A DNA stretch of 64,000 bases from Raillietiella orientalis (Eukaryota), in contig JAYWIR010000002.1 of NCBI GenBank assembly GCA_036172245.1, positions 682,001 to 746,000 on the forward strand. Direction: 5' to 3'. The position numbers were made by a program, and so were the translations under genes. The notes under the pieces were generated by a model, which had not been told where the DNA came from, ran no database searches, and saw only the letters and a list, made by a program, of their open reading frames with translations. Within the stretch, counting starts at the first letter, position 1. Each line of letters begins with the position of its first letter. Shown piece after piece: positions 1 to 14,200 of the stretch.

Positions 1-1146
1 CTGAATATGCTTCTGATTGCTGTTGATCATGAGTAACCAGAAATTCATCATGATAACGAATGTCCCTTGCATATTTTATTAGCAAACACACATGGTTTGC
101 CACTTGAAATCTACGTATCCTGCGAATAAGCTCCGTAGTTTTCCCAGAAAACATAGGGCCACATATAAGCTGAATTCAAATGTACCGATAGGTTATCAGA
201 AAGAACAATTCGGAGAAAGCTAATACAATATTCACCACAAATACTTCTATTGATCATTTTACAGATGCACATTTTTTGGTATACAATTTCAGTTATATTA
301 GTATTTTCTAAAGATCAAATGATACATATTTCATGAAATTACTTACCACTGATTTTTAATTTCATAGAACAAAACTACACGAAATATGGAACGAACTAAA
401 ATATTTTTATAAACATGTTGACAAGCTAAGTGAGTTACACTAATTTTATGATATAATAAGCATTTCAAGTTTCCAGCAAAAAAAATATTTTAAATATGAG
501 CTTGTCATGCTATGAAGTTTCAACATACTTAATTTGGGGGTAACTACCCTTAAGCATTCACAATCAGCATCTTTTTAATAATAAAATCTGCAATACGATC
601 TACTTACATAAGGATTTATGAACGATGTAAACTGTGTCTCACTATTTATTTATAAGATCCCAATTTTCTAAATGCTACATTTTCAACTATCAATAGAAAT
701 CGTTTGAAAAACTTGAAAATTGCGCCTGTATATGCTGGAGTATGAAAAATTTCCTTTCTCATTGTATACAGAATTATCTTTTCACATAGGCAAATCAAAA
801 TCATGAAGCCAGAAAGCGATACAATTTGAATTTACCAACTCGGTTGCTTTTCGAAATAGTAATCATAGAACAACGTGCATTTTTTGGAATCAGTCTAATC
901 AGTTAAGAAACCATCAACAAATGAGAATCACGCATCACAGCTGTTAAAATAAATATTCGTACTGATAAAAAACTAATTCTGATTTTTCTGCACTGTGCTC
1001 TACTTATGTTCACATTAAAATGTGCATCTGCAATTCACATGTTCAACTTTTGGAAATCCGGACTGTTACAAATGTTTTTACTTCAAAATAAAATACAGAC
1101 CTGGATTTCACCTCCATACTTGACCATCCGAACTTTGGAGTCTACC

Positions 1147-1250
1147 ATGCTCGTTAGAAGTAACTGGAAACATACAGTTATGCTGTACTTCTTCAAGCGT
1201 GCATGGACCGCCGCGAGGCACGTGAGACGAAACAACGGACCTAACGGCAT
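1147..1250 (+). mobile_element. Possible mariner transposase N-terminal HTH relic
   Basis: Translation KHTVMLYFFKRAWTAARHVRRNNGPNG loosely resembles the mariner N-terminus (R.xLYEFKxGxxAAEAxRxIN). No catalytic domain or TIR was identified. Confidence 0.3.
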
Positions 1251-2079
1251 CGTGGAGAGTTTGCTTCTAAACTATGTTTTCCATTTTCTTTACGATGCAT
1301 TACTATCCACGAAACATTATGTCATAAAACATTCAACAAGGAATTACAATTCATAGTCCCATATTTGGCTGAAGTCCTTTTGTTGCGATCATCCAAAAAA
1401 TATTTATTTACTATCAAGAGGCATCTAACTGACCGGAAAACGACATGGTACTGCTTTCCACCTTGTTTTTTTTACCATGGAGAATTACTAACTTTGCAAC
1501 TGCGATGAATATTTTCCGCCCACAACCCAAAGTCGAATGCAAATTGTAGCATTCTTTTTGATGATGGATTAATTTCTAACCAATCTTAATTCCTAAGCTT
1601 TAAACTTTAATTGTGTGATTGTGCACCTATATCAAAAGAACACTTCAAAGAAGCTTGTGCCTGCAAAACCACTCGAATGTGACATCACTTTCTTCTCAAA
1701 AATCATGAAAGCATTTCCAATATTCTCACATTAATATTCTTATTACCATGCATTGAAGAGTAACAGCTAAAATAATTAAATAGCGTTATAAATGGAAATA
1801 AATGCAATTTTTTCTATGAAAATGAAGATCGAGATTATAAAAATTAGACAATAATTATCATGGTATCAAAAATGCAGCCTATCTTCAAAGCACTAATGTC
1901 ATCAAGCTTTGAGGTAATCATCAAATTAATATGGAATTTTTTTTTCATTTATTCTGAAGAACGAAATCTTTACCCTCAAAAGCGCTTCTTATTTCAAGCC
2001 ACTGAAGTCAATCAAAGCAAAAACAATTTAGAATTCATCTATCGACAAACAAGACTGTCCTTGAGTTCACTTCGACGTA

Positions 2080-3900
2080 GCTACGTGATCCATTCTTAGG
2101 AAACTGAGATTGCTAAGGCTGAGACGTGCTCCTGACTACGCAGACGACCTAGTCTTCCAGAGGACTCGGAGGATGACATGGAATATGAGTTCCACTCATT
2201 CCACGATCTCCATAGTCCTTGGGTCTAACCAATGAGAAAATGATCTTGTTCCTATTACTCTGCAACAAGACCAAGTGCTCCGAGCCCTGTGAATCTGCAA
2301 TTGAGAATAGACATAATTTCAAACACAAAAGCATCAAAGGCCTATAAATACCTGAGAAAAGAATTTCAGATTAAAATTTTTCAACCCGCATCCGAAGAAA
2401 AGCATGAAAGAAGAATGTGATAAAAGAAGAAAGCGATGCTCGCCAAGGCTGAGATTACTGACAGCGACCTATCAGCATGGCCGAAGATCGATGCCATCAA
2501 GAGCTTCTTACCCGCTCTCTTCGACTTTTAAAGTCTGGGAGCACACTTGAAGGCTTGCAGCAGCAAGTAGATCGAGGTCTTCAGCAAATGGTAGAACAAC
2601 ACTCTCACTTGCCTCCGAAAGCCACGAACGAATATAAGGAGACATAGAAAAGACGTCTGGTCTTGATGCGGCTGTCTGATGAAGCTTTACCTTCTTCGTA
2701 GATGGCCGCTTCACCCTACCGACCTTTCCAGATGTGATGGGACTGGCAAGGGAGACCCTCCACTAAGCTCTTGCAATCACTTTCAAACGAGACCTGGGCA
2801 AGTTCGTGTCGGGAAAAAATTCCGGTAAATTCACGAGGACATCAAGATCTCATGGTCAGTGGATAGACAGGCTTCCATCCGGACGCCCACCGTCTGAGAT
2901 GTTGACAGAGACGAGCTGAGAATGACTATCGTTAACATCGTTTTCGACCGAACCATGAGGGGAAAGTTGCCTTCAGAGGGAACTACTCAACTCATCCTAG
3001 CTTTACGATCCCTGACTAATGGCTCCTGGATCCAAACAAGACCATGAGATACGTTGGACTGTATTGAGCATCAGGATATGTTTTCACGTCAAGCGGAGAG
3101 GGATTACCTGATATTCGCCTATAGCAGATTCATAGACACCTCCAGCTTAGAGCTGCTTCCCATAGGGGGAGAAGCAAAAGGTGCCGAAGGTCACTTGTGC
3201 AAGCGATGCGAAGTGTGTAGGATATGACCCTGCCTCCCATATTAAAGCATTGCATGAGAAATTCCTGTCTCCAAAAACATAGTCACGATCTCATTGTCGA
3301 GTGGTGCAGGAACGCGACGGTCGAAACTTGAGATCTGATATGGACAAACCAAAGGATGCACAATGGGGACCCTCCTCTGTACCTCGATCTCATCCTAAGA
3401 AACAGTGATAACATCATCGTCATATATGTCGTCTGCCTTTCGAGAACGGAGACGAGGCGCTCAGGATAGCATGTCAGGAGAAGGGAGTGAAATACTAAGA
3501 CTGGCATGTTAACTAACCTCGGGAGGAGGGAAGGTGATGGCCGTCGGATCACTGGGGTCGTGACATCCCAGCTATCGGTGTTCTGCGACTGTCCCTGAAA
3601 CCATGCGACGTTCAAAGAGGTCTTCGCGTTCTGCGACTGTACATGGAAAAGATGAGCACCTATTGCTCACCTCCAGCATCCTCTACAGCCCGCAACATCT
3701 AGTAGACCCACCACCTCGGACACTCTCAAAACGACTTTTCCTTTCCTTTGACAGAACTGGAAGGTAGCCAGGGAGAAAAATAGCAAGAGAATGCTGAGGG
3801 AATGTTCTCCAAACCGAGCCTTGAGTCCTTCAGGTCAACTTACGGAAAGGATGGCTAGGAAGCTCTTACGCTTTCAGACAGATGGAAAGAGAGGGATACA
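2080..3900 (-). mobile_element. Degraded DIRS-like (tyrosine-recombinase) retrotransposon relic, RT/RNase H region
   Basis: Minus-strand pieces lie in DIRS order: RPDGSL...WRVSL (cf. KKDGSxRPIxDL...WMVSLD) at ~2.73-2.89 kb, then AASRPDVFS...WLSEASESVVLPFAEDLDLLA (cf. LSSAPRVFT...WLR..VLPYLDDxLILA) in ORF 2508-2714, then GTHIP/HPP downstream. Many stops; boundaries approximate. Confidence 0.5.
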
Positions 3901-5559
3901 ATGGCTAGGAGCCATTGCCTTTCATAGTTGAAATGCAAAATAGAAGATACTCTTATCAGCTTAATACCTGTCATGCCACCTATCGGATAGCCAGTATATT
4001 AAACTACTTTTTGGAAGTACAAGGGATGCTTGAACCTTTCTTCTCTTCTATCGTGGGTTGACCCCGTATTGCAGTACCTCCGAAATCAGCATATCACTCC
4101 CTTCCACGAGAGAATCATAATGTACATGCTAGCTAAAAAAACCGAGAAAATATCAATAATCACCTAATATTAATATTAATGATGCACTAAGAACGTATGT
4201 GTTGGTACAATCCACTGACTGTTCTCATTAGATTATGAAACGTTAAAGTATTATTGACAGTAGCCTAACCACATATTTGTCCTGCAAGTAAACTTGAAAA
4301 TGAGTCGAACTGAGAGTCAAAAAGTCCTACTTGGGGTCAACATCTTTCTCTTAGAGAATTTCTTCTAACATTTTCTGCCATTTGCAGGATTTGTTTTGCT
4401 TACGTTACACATAGCTCAGAAATCTCATGTTTTTTTAATTAAGTTCCACCTTGCACCACAATAAAAAGATGGTGAAAAAAACAAAAGTGTAGATTATAGG
4501 CAAAGCAATATCAGACAAGGATATCCTCTCCTATAGTAAATGGCGAGCAGTTATTGAAACCCAAAAATCTTTGCGTAGGTCGAGAGGAAATCGAGGGAGT
4601 TCTAATTCTTAAATAAAGTAAAACATAAAAGTTTTACACTTATTTTGCACCTTTATTAGAAATATTCTAGTTCATTCAACTTATAAGTTTTTGGTTAGCG
4701 ATGGAAGGAAATTCCAACTCTATTTGCAGCCTATTAACTTAAGAGGAAATTCTTGTTGTTGTTGCTCAAACAACGGACAGAACAGTAAACTTTAATTGAA
4801 ATTCTTGAATAAAAAAATGACGACGTATTTAAAACCTGCAATCAGTAGGGATTAACAAACAGCATTATCGGATTCATGAGAACTCGTTTTAGGTCACTTC
4901 TATAAAAACAATATGGAAAAAATTCGACTGCAGCTATATGTTCCCGTCCTTTACCCTTTTATCTAAAATATCACGAAATGATAATACATACATCGCATAA
5001 GCCAGAACGAAGAAAGTGAGCTGAATGATAATCCACATGCTTAAAAGCCATCTAGAAAAACATTTTTCTAAACTCACAAGACATCTCGAAAATACTGTGG
5101 AGTGCTTCAAAAACTTTTTAAAACGGTATGCAAACCTCCAAAGATTTTGCTCAGATAGGTTGTTAGGCCAATGCACTATCTGCGATTCAACGTGGTGAAA
5201 ATAATGATCTGTCCACATACTGATGAAGTTACTTTTATTAAGCTAATTAATACAGTAAGTGAAATACTAGATCCATTGATGCCATACACACAATGATGAT
5301 GGTCTGTAAAAAAAAAAAAGATGCAACAAAACACCGATTGCGGAAGTGTTACTTGAGAAAAGATGAAAAGTACACAGATTAGGTATAAACTATATGGAAT
5401 TTGCAGAACATTTTTGTTGTTTCTATTTTTAAAAATCGTTCGCATGACTCGTCATTTTGGATAGGAAACTTTAGTGGTTGGAGCTATCTGTACACCGACA
5501 AGTGAGCTCAGAGTGGTGTGGACTGGTCACAGCAACACTCACCTGGCTTCCAAGCGATT

Positions 5560-8500
5560 GCGTGCATTCGTAGTTTGGGAACCTACAAATGCACACATAG
5601 CTCCTGTGCTCGGACTCCTGAAGAAGGGCATCCAAAGTTAGTCCTAGTGAGTGACATTCGGGTAGTTCTAGTTGTCCAGTGCACCCTGTTAACAGTCCCC
5701 CCTCCCTCCCAGTGAGGAGGACAAACACTGTACAAAACAGCGACTCGATGCCACAGAGGAGCACCAGCTGTAGCCGGCAGGCTTTTCGGCGGACAAAGTA
5801 AACGCGGCCGTTCCTTTCAGCATAGGCGGCAACGTCCAGTGCAGGGTCTCAACATCGCCTGCGTGCTAAGCGATGGCAGCAACATTGGGATCACTCTAAG
5901 TGGTAGAGTGCCGCGCAGGTTAGGAGAAATTCCCATGACGACGGTTTTGCTAACGGAGATGAATTGAAATACCAGCCAGGAAGACGTGTGGGATTTCTTC
6001 TGCCAGTAAGGAAAAGTGAAAAATGTGAAAGCCCGGACGATATGCCCCATGTCTTCTCCGGAAAGGGAATAGTCCGATTCAAGGATGCTAAGCTTCCTGG
6101 GGTGTTGAGCATGCACACCCACTTTCAGGACATGATTGTTCTTCAGAAGCAGGTGAGGAAACTTTTGCGTGGGCTGTAAGGAATTTAGCCACAGGGTCGG
6201 CACTTGTCACCAAGAGAGGTGCTCTTGGTGTGATCAGCAGGATCAACACACTGTAGGTTGTCGGGCTACACAAAGTGCGAGTGAAAAAATATTACCAGTG
6301 GCATGCTTCCCAAAGCCTGCTTCCTCTCCCGGAAGTGACTGTTCAGGAAGTGCTTTTGTCAGTGAAGCCGGAGAGCTTATTTTATAAAAATAATCTCTTC
6401 GGCGTCAGTTTGGCAGTGCAACAGCAACATCAAAGTTCAGAAGGGGGCTTCAAGTCGTTTCCGGCGATAGTTCCACATGGAAGGTAAGGGAACAATAAAT
6501 AAATAAATAGAAGGAGAGTGGGAACAGCGGTCTTTGGTTTGAATCGTTTCTTCTTGCCCAGTAGCGGCGCAGAACGCCGGCGATCTCCGACTTCGTGTAG
6601 GTGAGGCCACCTCGCAGCCGTCCTAATGTAGGTGACTTCGTTTCGTTGCGCTCGAGACTCCAACAAATGGAAAGCTGGGACGATGTTGCACATGCAACAC
6701 ATCGTCGCAATCACGGTTTCTGTCGTGACTCCGTCTCTGATGAAGAATCGCCGAAGAAAGTCCTTGACAATGTCCTCAGGGTTCAGGAGCGCTGAAGCCA
6801 GCCTCTTTCAATGTTGCTAGAGGACACTAGAGTCGAATAATAGGTTCGAGAACGATCCAATAGCCCCGCACCTTAAACAGCTTGGGGAGTAAACACTCCT
6901 GGAAACCAGGTTCCCACGCTGGTTGCACTGGAAACCCCAGTACAGAAGTAGCACAACATCCTGTTTCCACTTCAAGAGTAAGTACAGAAGTGTTCACGAA
7001 TAAACGAAGGAGAGCGAGTTCTTCGGAGTGCACACTCAACAGCTCTCTCCACCGAAGCAGAAGAAACCAGCAAAGTAGGTCACAAATGTAAGGAGGAAGA
7101 AGTTCTCGTAAACGCCAACGTGACAGTCGAGAAGGTAAAACAGGTGGTTGGCAAGAAATATCCAAAATTCTCACCTGTCGAAGTGTGGCCTGAGAACGGA
7201 ACGAGAGCCTCATTTTAGGCCTAGAGAGAACTTCCCATCATAGAAGGCACAGACGACGTTGAGTCCAAGAGTGATGTGGGGTGTGTGCAGACTGCTGCAA
7301 GGAGACGAGCGCAGCCTCCTAAGAGGGAGTGCAAGGAACAAAAAGAAAGACCTTCAAATGAACCTTGATGGTCCACTTCCTGTCGATTGCTGAAGATATG
7401 ATAATTCTTTCCTGGAACATCAACAAGTGTTCAAACCAGGAGAAGAGGATCATGCTGGGTGCAAGACATCCAGTATGATCAAATCATCTGCCTCCAGGAA
7501 ACAGGGGGGATGAACCACAAGATCGGTCTCGAACTGGAAAATAGACTGGACTCTCAATTACTCATCAGAACCGGCGAGAAGCAAACGAAAGGGTGGCGAT
7601 TTCCGTCAAGAGCGAAATAGCGCACGTCATGTTGGAAACATCTGCTCTGTGAACGAAACAGATCATCGAAGATCGGGAGTTCTGGTTCGGAAGCGTTCAT
7701 CTGTTCCTGGTGAATGAGTGCGGATAGTGTATAGGAAAGCATCGGTGTCCGGAATCTATGCAGGGTTTTCTGCACAACAAGACCACGTTTAAGAATATCA
7801 CCATTGTCGTGGGTGACCTCAACATCTTGAGGCGCATCAAGAAGTCAGCAGATTCCCGAGGAAGCAAGGCGTTTCGGCAGTTGTTAGAAGAATTCAGACA
7901 GCAGTGGCTCACAGCGATCGTACATCGGCAACCTCGTGCAAGGGTTGCGAAATTCACAGACTGCTCTCGGACAATCTCCTGCTGGGGTTTATTTTGAAGA
8001 TCGAGAATTCTCGCAAGATGGACAGAGGCAGTTTGTCCCCTTACTGAATTCGGACGACAAGGTTCAAACCCGATGATGCTTCAAAAATAAACATGAATTC
8101 GCGTGGCCTAGAGGCACGAGCCGGGGAATTGAGACAAGCAGGTCGGTGAAGCAAGGGTTTCTGAGCTGTGTCTTCTTTGAAGGTTTCCTGCAGCCCAGGA
8201 GGCATCCTCCTTGATTTCTAGACGAAGGTGAGGTCATTTGGCTACTCATCGCACCATGGATGCGGTAAGTAGCTAGATGGACAGTTCTGATACTCATTCC
8301 CTGCCATCCAATGGTGCCGGTGTTACCCCTCAGATGACAACAACAAGCCTTGCTGTTCGTGCAACCAGAGCCGGTATCGCCTTGAGCTGTGCAGGCTGCA
8401 GATAAATTCAAACTTCCATGCACCTCGTCTGGAGCGCGTGGAAACGCGCGCGGCTGCTCTACTTGGACCTGCAGACACCCGAGACAGCTCTGTAGCACTG

Positions 8501-10400
8501 CTTCATGCGGGGTGGACTTTCTCATGCTTCCCCGACCGCTCTCAATCCTCTGTTAGGTCAGAAGGACTGTGGAGTCCTGTAATATTCAGGAGTGTCAGTA
8601 AGGAAGAAGGATCTCCTGCCTCAACCTCGCAGTATTGAGAACTGGGCAAAATGGTCTGTGGAGGATGTCAGAGCCAAGGAGGGCACCGCATGTATCGCAT
8701 ACAGGTTACAAAGGACATCACGGTAGTGAGAGTCCCTTCCTTTCCCTTCCTTTATTTATTTACTGATTGTCCACACCCCAACACCCTGCTGCTCTTATGT
8801 GGAGCCGATCTCCTAGTTGGTGATTTTCTTCTGTTTCCTTTTTTTTTCCCCAGAATTTTTCAAAGACTAGGGAGTTTACGATTTTACATATTTTTGGAAA
8901 ATGAACATTTCGGCGTAACTGGGTGAAAATGGTGCCGGCGTTAGTTGCACGAGAAGTTGCAGGAAGAATTTCACCGTGTGTTGCTACAGGAGAGGAAACA
9001 CTGAGCCCAGGGGATGGTAGTGCATCCAGGGGAGTGTCGCGATTGTCTGTCCACTCGTACAGGCTTGGACGCGAACTCTTGGTGACGCGGCGTCTGAGTT
9101 CTCAGTCCGACCAGCCGCGTGTCGATTTCCTGACTCCTGGTATGCAGCTGGAAACCTTTCGCCTAGCCGGTTGGCCACTGTCATCACGCCCCCATAGGGA
9201 AGACCACGCTCTGGGGTCTCTCTTGCAACGAGTGCCTGTACCACATTACAAGAGGAAGCACCTCTTCCGATTGCGGCAGGTTGGCAGACTCAGGGAGATC
9301 GAATCTCCCCTCACCTGTTGATGAACTGCGCCGTCCTCCGTGGGCTGTAAGAGAGATTGTCTTCAGCTCTTTAGTTTACTCGATGTACGCCGGTGGAACT
9401 GTTGCGTCGTTTCTTCTCACGGGAGGGACCGCTTCCATGATCGGCGCGCTATGTTGAATACACGGCATAATAAAGGTCCACTACTCGAGGGAGCTGCAAC
9501 GCCAATTGGAAGCCATATGCATCGCTGTCTCCTAAAGGAAGAACAACTTCATTATTTTTACTATTTTGTGAGCCATCTCGTTTCCACCGATGCTCCTCTG
9601 GACTGAACTTCTTTTGGTGCTTTTTTTTTAAAAAAAAAAATGACACGGAATCAAGTTCTTTGTTTACTTGTATGTTTTGTTTTTATAAATAAAGCTCCCA
9701 GAGTAATCGGGAGAAAAGGTTTCTGGATGCAACCAGACCAGCTTTTATGATGCAGAATAGCCCATGGGTACACCCAAATACCGGAAGGTGCTACCCACGG
9801 AAGCCCTTAAGCGGATCCAGTCTGGCAGTCCTCCCGGTCGCGCAGTCTACAGTTTCGAAAGCAGCTTGATGTTCGAATTCACAAGTGTGATCGGATGCCT
9901 GTTGCTTAGACTGCGGAAATCTCCCTTTTTGGAGCAAACGGAGATCGAAGGATGCGGTCACGCTGTCCATCTCCGGACAAAGCATACGGAAAATGAGAAA
10001 CCCAACACCACGTGGTTATCTGCAGAACCTCGGTCCACGACTAGAGAGTGGTTTGACAGGTGACTCCTCCAGGACACGCCGAGGACAGAGATCCTGAGTG
10101 GTCTCTTCCATGGCAATGGAGTGGTCTCGGCATGTAACCTCATGGTGCGAGAGACCTTAGCCTCCTTCACCACGACACCTTAGTGAGAAGGTGGAAAGCT
10201 CCTCCAAGGGAAGAATGTGCCTTCAACGGAGATCGTGCAGGTACCGCTGATAGAAGAGATCAGGATCCGCGGATGGGAAAGCATGCCAGCCTGGGCATTC
10301 AGGTACATCTGCAAAAACAGCAGGTGGCCAGACGAGTGCAAGGAGCGCCTGCCGTCCTACTCCCTAAGTGAGACTGTCGGGAGTGAAAGGCATTCGAACC
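5560..10400 (+). mobile_element. Rearranged, degraded L1/Tx1-clade LINE (ORF1 zinc knuckle, APE endonuclease, ORF2 C-terminus)
   Basis: CCHC knuckle CVGCKEFSHRVGTC at 6166-6207, followed by a second knuckle-like motif. APE motifs MIILSWNI (7398), IICLQET (~7483), KGVAI and IVVGDLN (~7800). The 3' end EILSGLFHGNG...RETLASF...LVRRWK (~10090-10200) matches the copies at 30.2 and 31.4 kb. Frameshifts and internal insertions are present. Confidence 0.8.
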
Positions 10401-11244
10401 GAGAGCCAGAGTGCAACCCAATGTTAACTTCAAGGAGAGACTGTGGACATGCCCTGCATCAATTCACATTTGTTGAATTTCCGTAAAACTTATTTAGATA
10501 AGTAAGTTCACCACAACTCTTGCCGGACCTGGATGGAAATAGGTCGCTGGAGCTTCTCGATTTGAGAGTAAAACATACCAGAACGCATTCCTGCAGGCAG
10601 AGGCAAAGAGGGAGCATTTGTGTGAAAAAAGATATTCGTTGCATCTGTAGTGGCTCAATTTAGTCGGCAAATGATGCAGGACGTGGAAGTCGTGGAGATG
10701 CATGGTTTCGAAGAATGGCACCGAATAAGTGCAAAATGGAGAGATACTTGTAAATAAACCGCATCAACATAAGTGTTTGTGAACACGAGAATGTCTACAT
10801 TTTACTGGTTGAGTGTTGTCAGTGATTGGTGTATGCAATTTCTCGCAATGAAATGTGTGACTATCACGATTTCAATCAAGCCTACCTATTAAGAAGTGAT
10901 AATCTTATTAATCAGTAACGCACCCAGGGCAATGTACGCATAAATTGATCTTGTACCATAGGGAGACCCACAACTTGGGTTTTGGGGAGATACATGTATC
11001 TGTTCGCATACGGTTTAAAAAAATTCCGAGATTAGTACTTAACCAGTGTGTATTTGTTGAATTGAGTAATCATCACAACAGTGCAATGATTAACATAACA
11101 AATTGCTTAGACTGCCTTGGCTGCAGCTTACATCAACAAACACAAAACTTCTGGTGATGTTATGTATAAATTGCTTTGTTGTGTTTTACAAACAGTTACA
11201 TCTTGTATTCGAGCTACCTGTTCCATTATTGATTTGATTTCCAG

Positions 11245-14200
11245 GGAACCACAAATTTGATTAATTTGAAAGTTCAGGAGGAATCTCCTATCTTTAACAA
11301 AGAAAGGTTAAAACTTTCATTTTCTTCATGCATAATATGTGCTACAGTTAACAACAATCATTTAGCTTGTTTGACAGCTGCCAAGTCACTCGTGAAAATT
11401 AGTTTAACACATGACAATAGATATGACGGTGAGCATTATGACTCAATTTAATATTTGATATAAACATGGAATGGGGTAGAAATTGATCTGAGCAAGCATT
11501 CAGCACATCATGACTTGAGTAGCATTTTCATGGATTACAATGGACATCATATAATAATAACAATGAGACCATTGGATAAAAAGAATGATGATGAATATTT
11601 GTATTTAAACTGGAAATCATCAAAACCTAAATTAGTATGAAAGATTAATTATTATTTTTTTCTTCTAAATTTCTCATTTTCAAGGGAACCAAAGGAAAAA
11701 GTTATTTCATCACTGCAATAGCATGGAACCCTTTCAGCAACTCAGAAGTAAGCACAGGACCAATTTTGTTAGGTACTTCTAAAGGAAGAATCTTAGAATC
11801 CGAAATGGTTTATACAGATGATAAGTTTTTCCAGTCTTCTTTTGAGCAGTATTTTAAGCAGGTAAATCTTATTAGACATAATTATTGCAGATTAAAAAAA
11901 CTTTATTTGTAACTAAAAATTCCCCATGAATAAAATTAGACAAAATCAAAAATATGGACAAACTGTGGATGTTATTTTGTGTGTTGTCTTGTTAACTTAA
12001 AAAAACTTGGAAATCTGATCCATTTTGATTTAATATTTGTTTGCATTAGTATCGTTAATTGATGATTAATTCTAAGATTGCCTCTCTGTTGAGTACTTTT
12101 AGGTATACGTTCTAGAAAAGCATGGAAATATAATCATTACTGGAATTTATACTTTTCGATTGCAACCAAATTATGTTGTAATATTTGTCAGCACACCCCA
12201 GAGATTTTATCAGTTTAAGGGTGTGGTGAAATCAGCTGAAGAGAAACCATTTCTAGGATCAATATTTGAGAATTACGTTGATGTTAATGGTATGTTCATT
12301 GTTTGATTTATTAAGAAGTAATGTTTTAATGAAGTGATGCTAAGCAACTTGAAGTGAATATGCTCATCTAAATAAATAATGAATTAATTAAACATAAATA
12401 GTTTTGTTTCAATTGTTCGTGTTTATCATATACTCTGTAATTAAATTTCTGATTTACATAATTTAAGCATGAAAATGATTTAATTATGAAAATCTTTTTA
12501 AAGAATAACATCTCATTAGATAGAACAGATAACATATTGAAATTTGTGATTTCTTTTGAATGTGATTTCTGATTTCTTTACACCTATTTCAGATTTTTAA
12601 AGTAAATGGTTATGATTTGAAAATCCTTGAAAAATATTGTGTACTTCAAATATTTGTGTGTTCATCTAAAATAGTCTATTTTTGTAGATAGATTTTTGGA
12701 TTTTCCTGGAAATTTGGAATATTCTCAATTACTGTGTTTTCACAATAATATAAGGGATACACCGAAGTACATGGCCTGGATGAACCAGAGAGGTGTCTAT
12801 TTGGCAGATGTGAGTTATTACTTATCTGAATTCAATGATGTATTACTAATTAGATAAAGTTGAATTCAATAAAAATTTCGTTATATCAGGTATATAAACT
12901 TGATATGACTAATCTGCAGAATTAAAAAACAAATGCAATAACATTCTGGTTTGATAAGTGTTTACTGTTTTTTTATATTGGCTGAGGATGATATTATTAA
13001 TAGGAGAGCAGGTTTGCTTTTAATATGAAGTAATAATACTGCCTTATTAATTTCATCTAATCCATTGTCATATTATATCAGGAAAGGGTTTTTCAGTTTT
13101 TCCAATCATTTTAATGGAAAGAAAACACTTCAAGAATTATTCTATAATATAGAATGCAAGAAAGATCTAATGCTAGAAAGAACAGTTTTGGACAATATCA
13201 TTTGTCCTGCATCACCAGTTCTTTGTGAAGTATTGTTTGCACTTTAAAAATATGAAATGGTTCCAGAATCAATTTTTCTTGATATCAGGACCAATTAACA
13301 TATGAATCTGAAATCATAAAAATTTAGTTTTACACTCCTGCTAGGTTTTTGATTGATTGAAGTACAATTAGTATCTTCTGGATGCCTTTCTGAAACTAAA
13401 TCTATGATCGGATCTTGTTCACACAAAGTGTCACCATCCTCTTTAGTTAGTCTTATGTTTGATCTTCAAAATCAGATGCTCTAGTTGGTTTCCGTTTTCT
13501 TGTTTCTTTGTGTGTGGAGGTTTTTTTTTTCTTCCATATAACACTATCACAGTTCTTTTTGTTAATTCTTTGTTTTAATCAGCTAAATCCATCTTGTTCG
13601 AGACTTCTGATTTAAAAAAAAAAATGCTCGTCGCTTTTAATGATAAATATTTTTGTCTTTCTCTGAGTTTTCGTCTTGGTTCATTTTGCATGCATTTTAA
13701 TCCCTTCTGTACAAAAGTAAAAGTTCCAAAGTTTGAAGAGTTTTGTAACATTCATTGATTCATTCATAGTCTTTACTATTTGATTCTAAGGTTCCCCTTT
13801 TCATATCTTGTTAATATTTTGTTAGGCACCTAAGAAAATTCAAGATCTCAGATGATTTCAGTGTGAAAAACACAAATTACAAAAATCTATAAACGCATCA
13901 ATTTAATGAATTTTTTAAAAAAAGGGATATTATTGGGAATTCCAGGCTATGTGAATGGTGGCAAATGAGCAATTTGAATTCCTTGTTCTACTGTGAAGTC
14001 ACGACTTAATAGTAATTGAAACTGTTTAGTATGTGGAAGCTTAATTCTTATTGCATTTTCGTAAATTAAAAATGAAAGCAGAATTTGAATATAGTATACA
14101 CCATTGTTTTTCTCCCATTCTGTTTTGATGCAATTTGTAGGAATTGAATCAAAACCCAAATCAAACCATTATTAAAAGTTGCGTAGCAGCAAAAAAAAAA

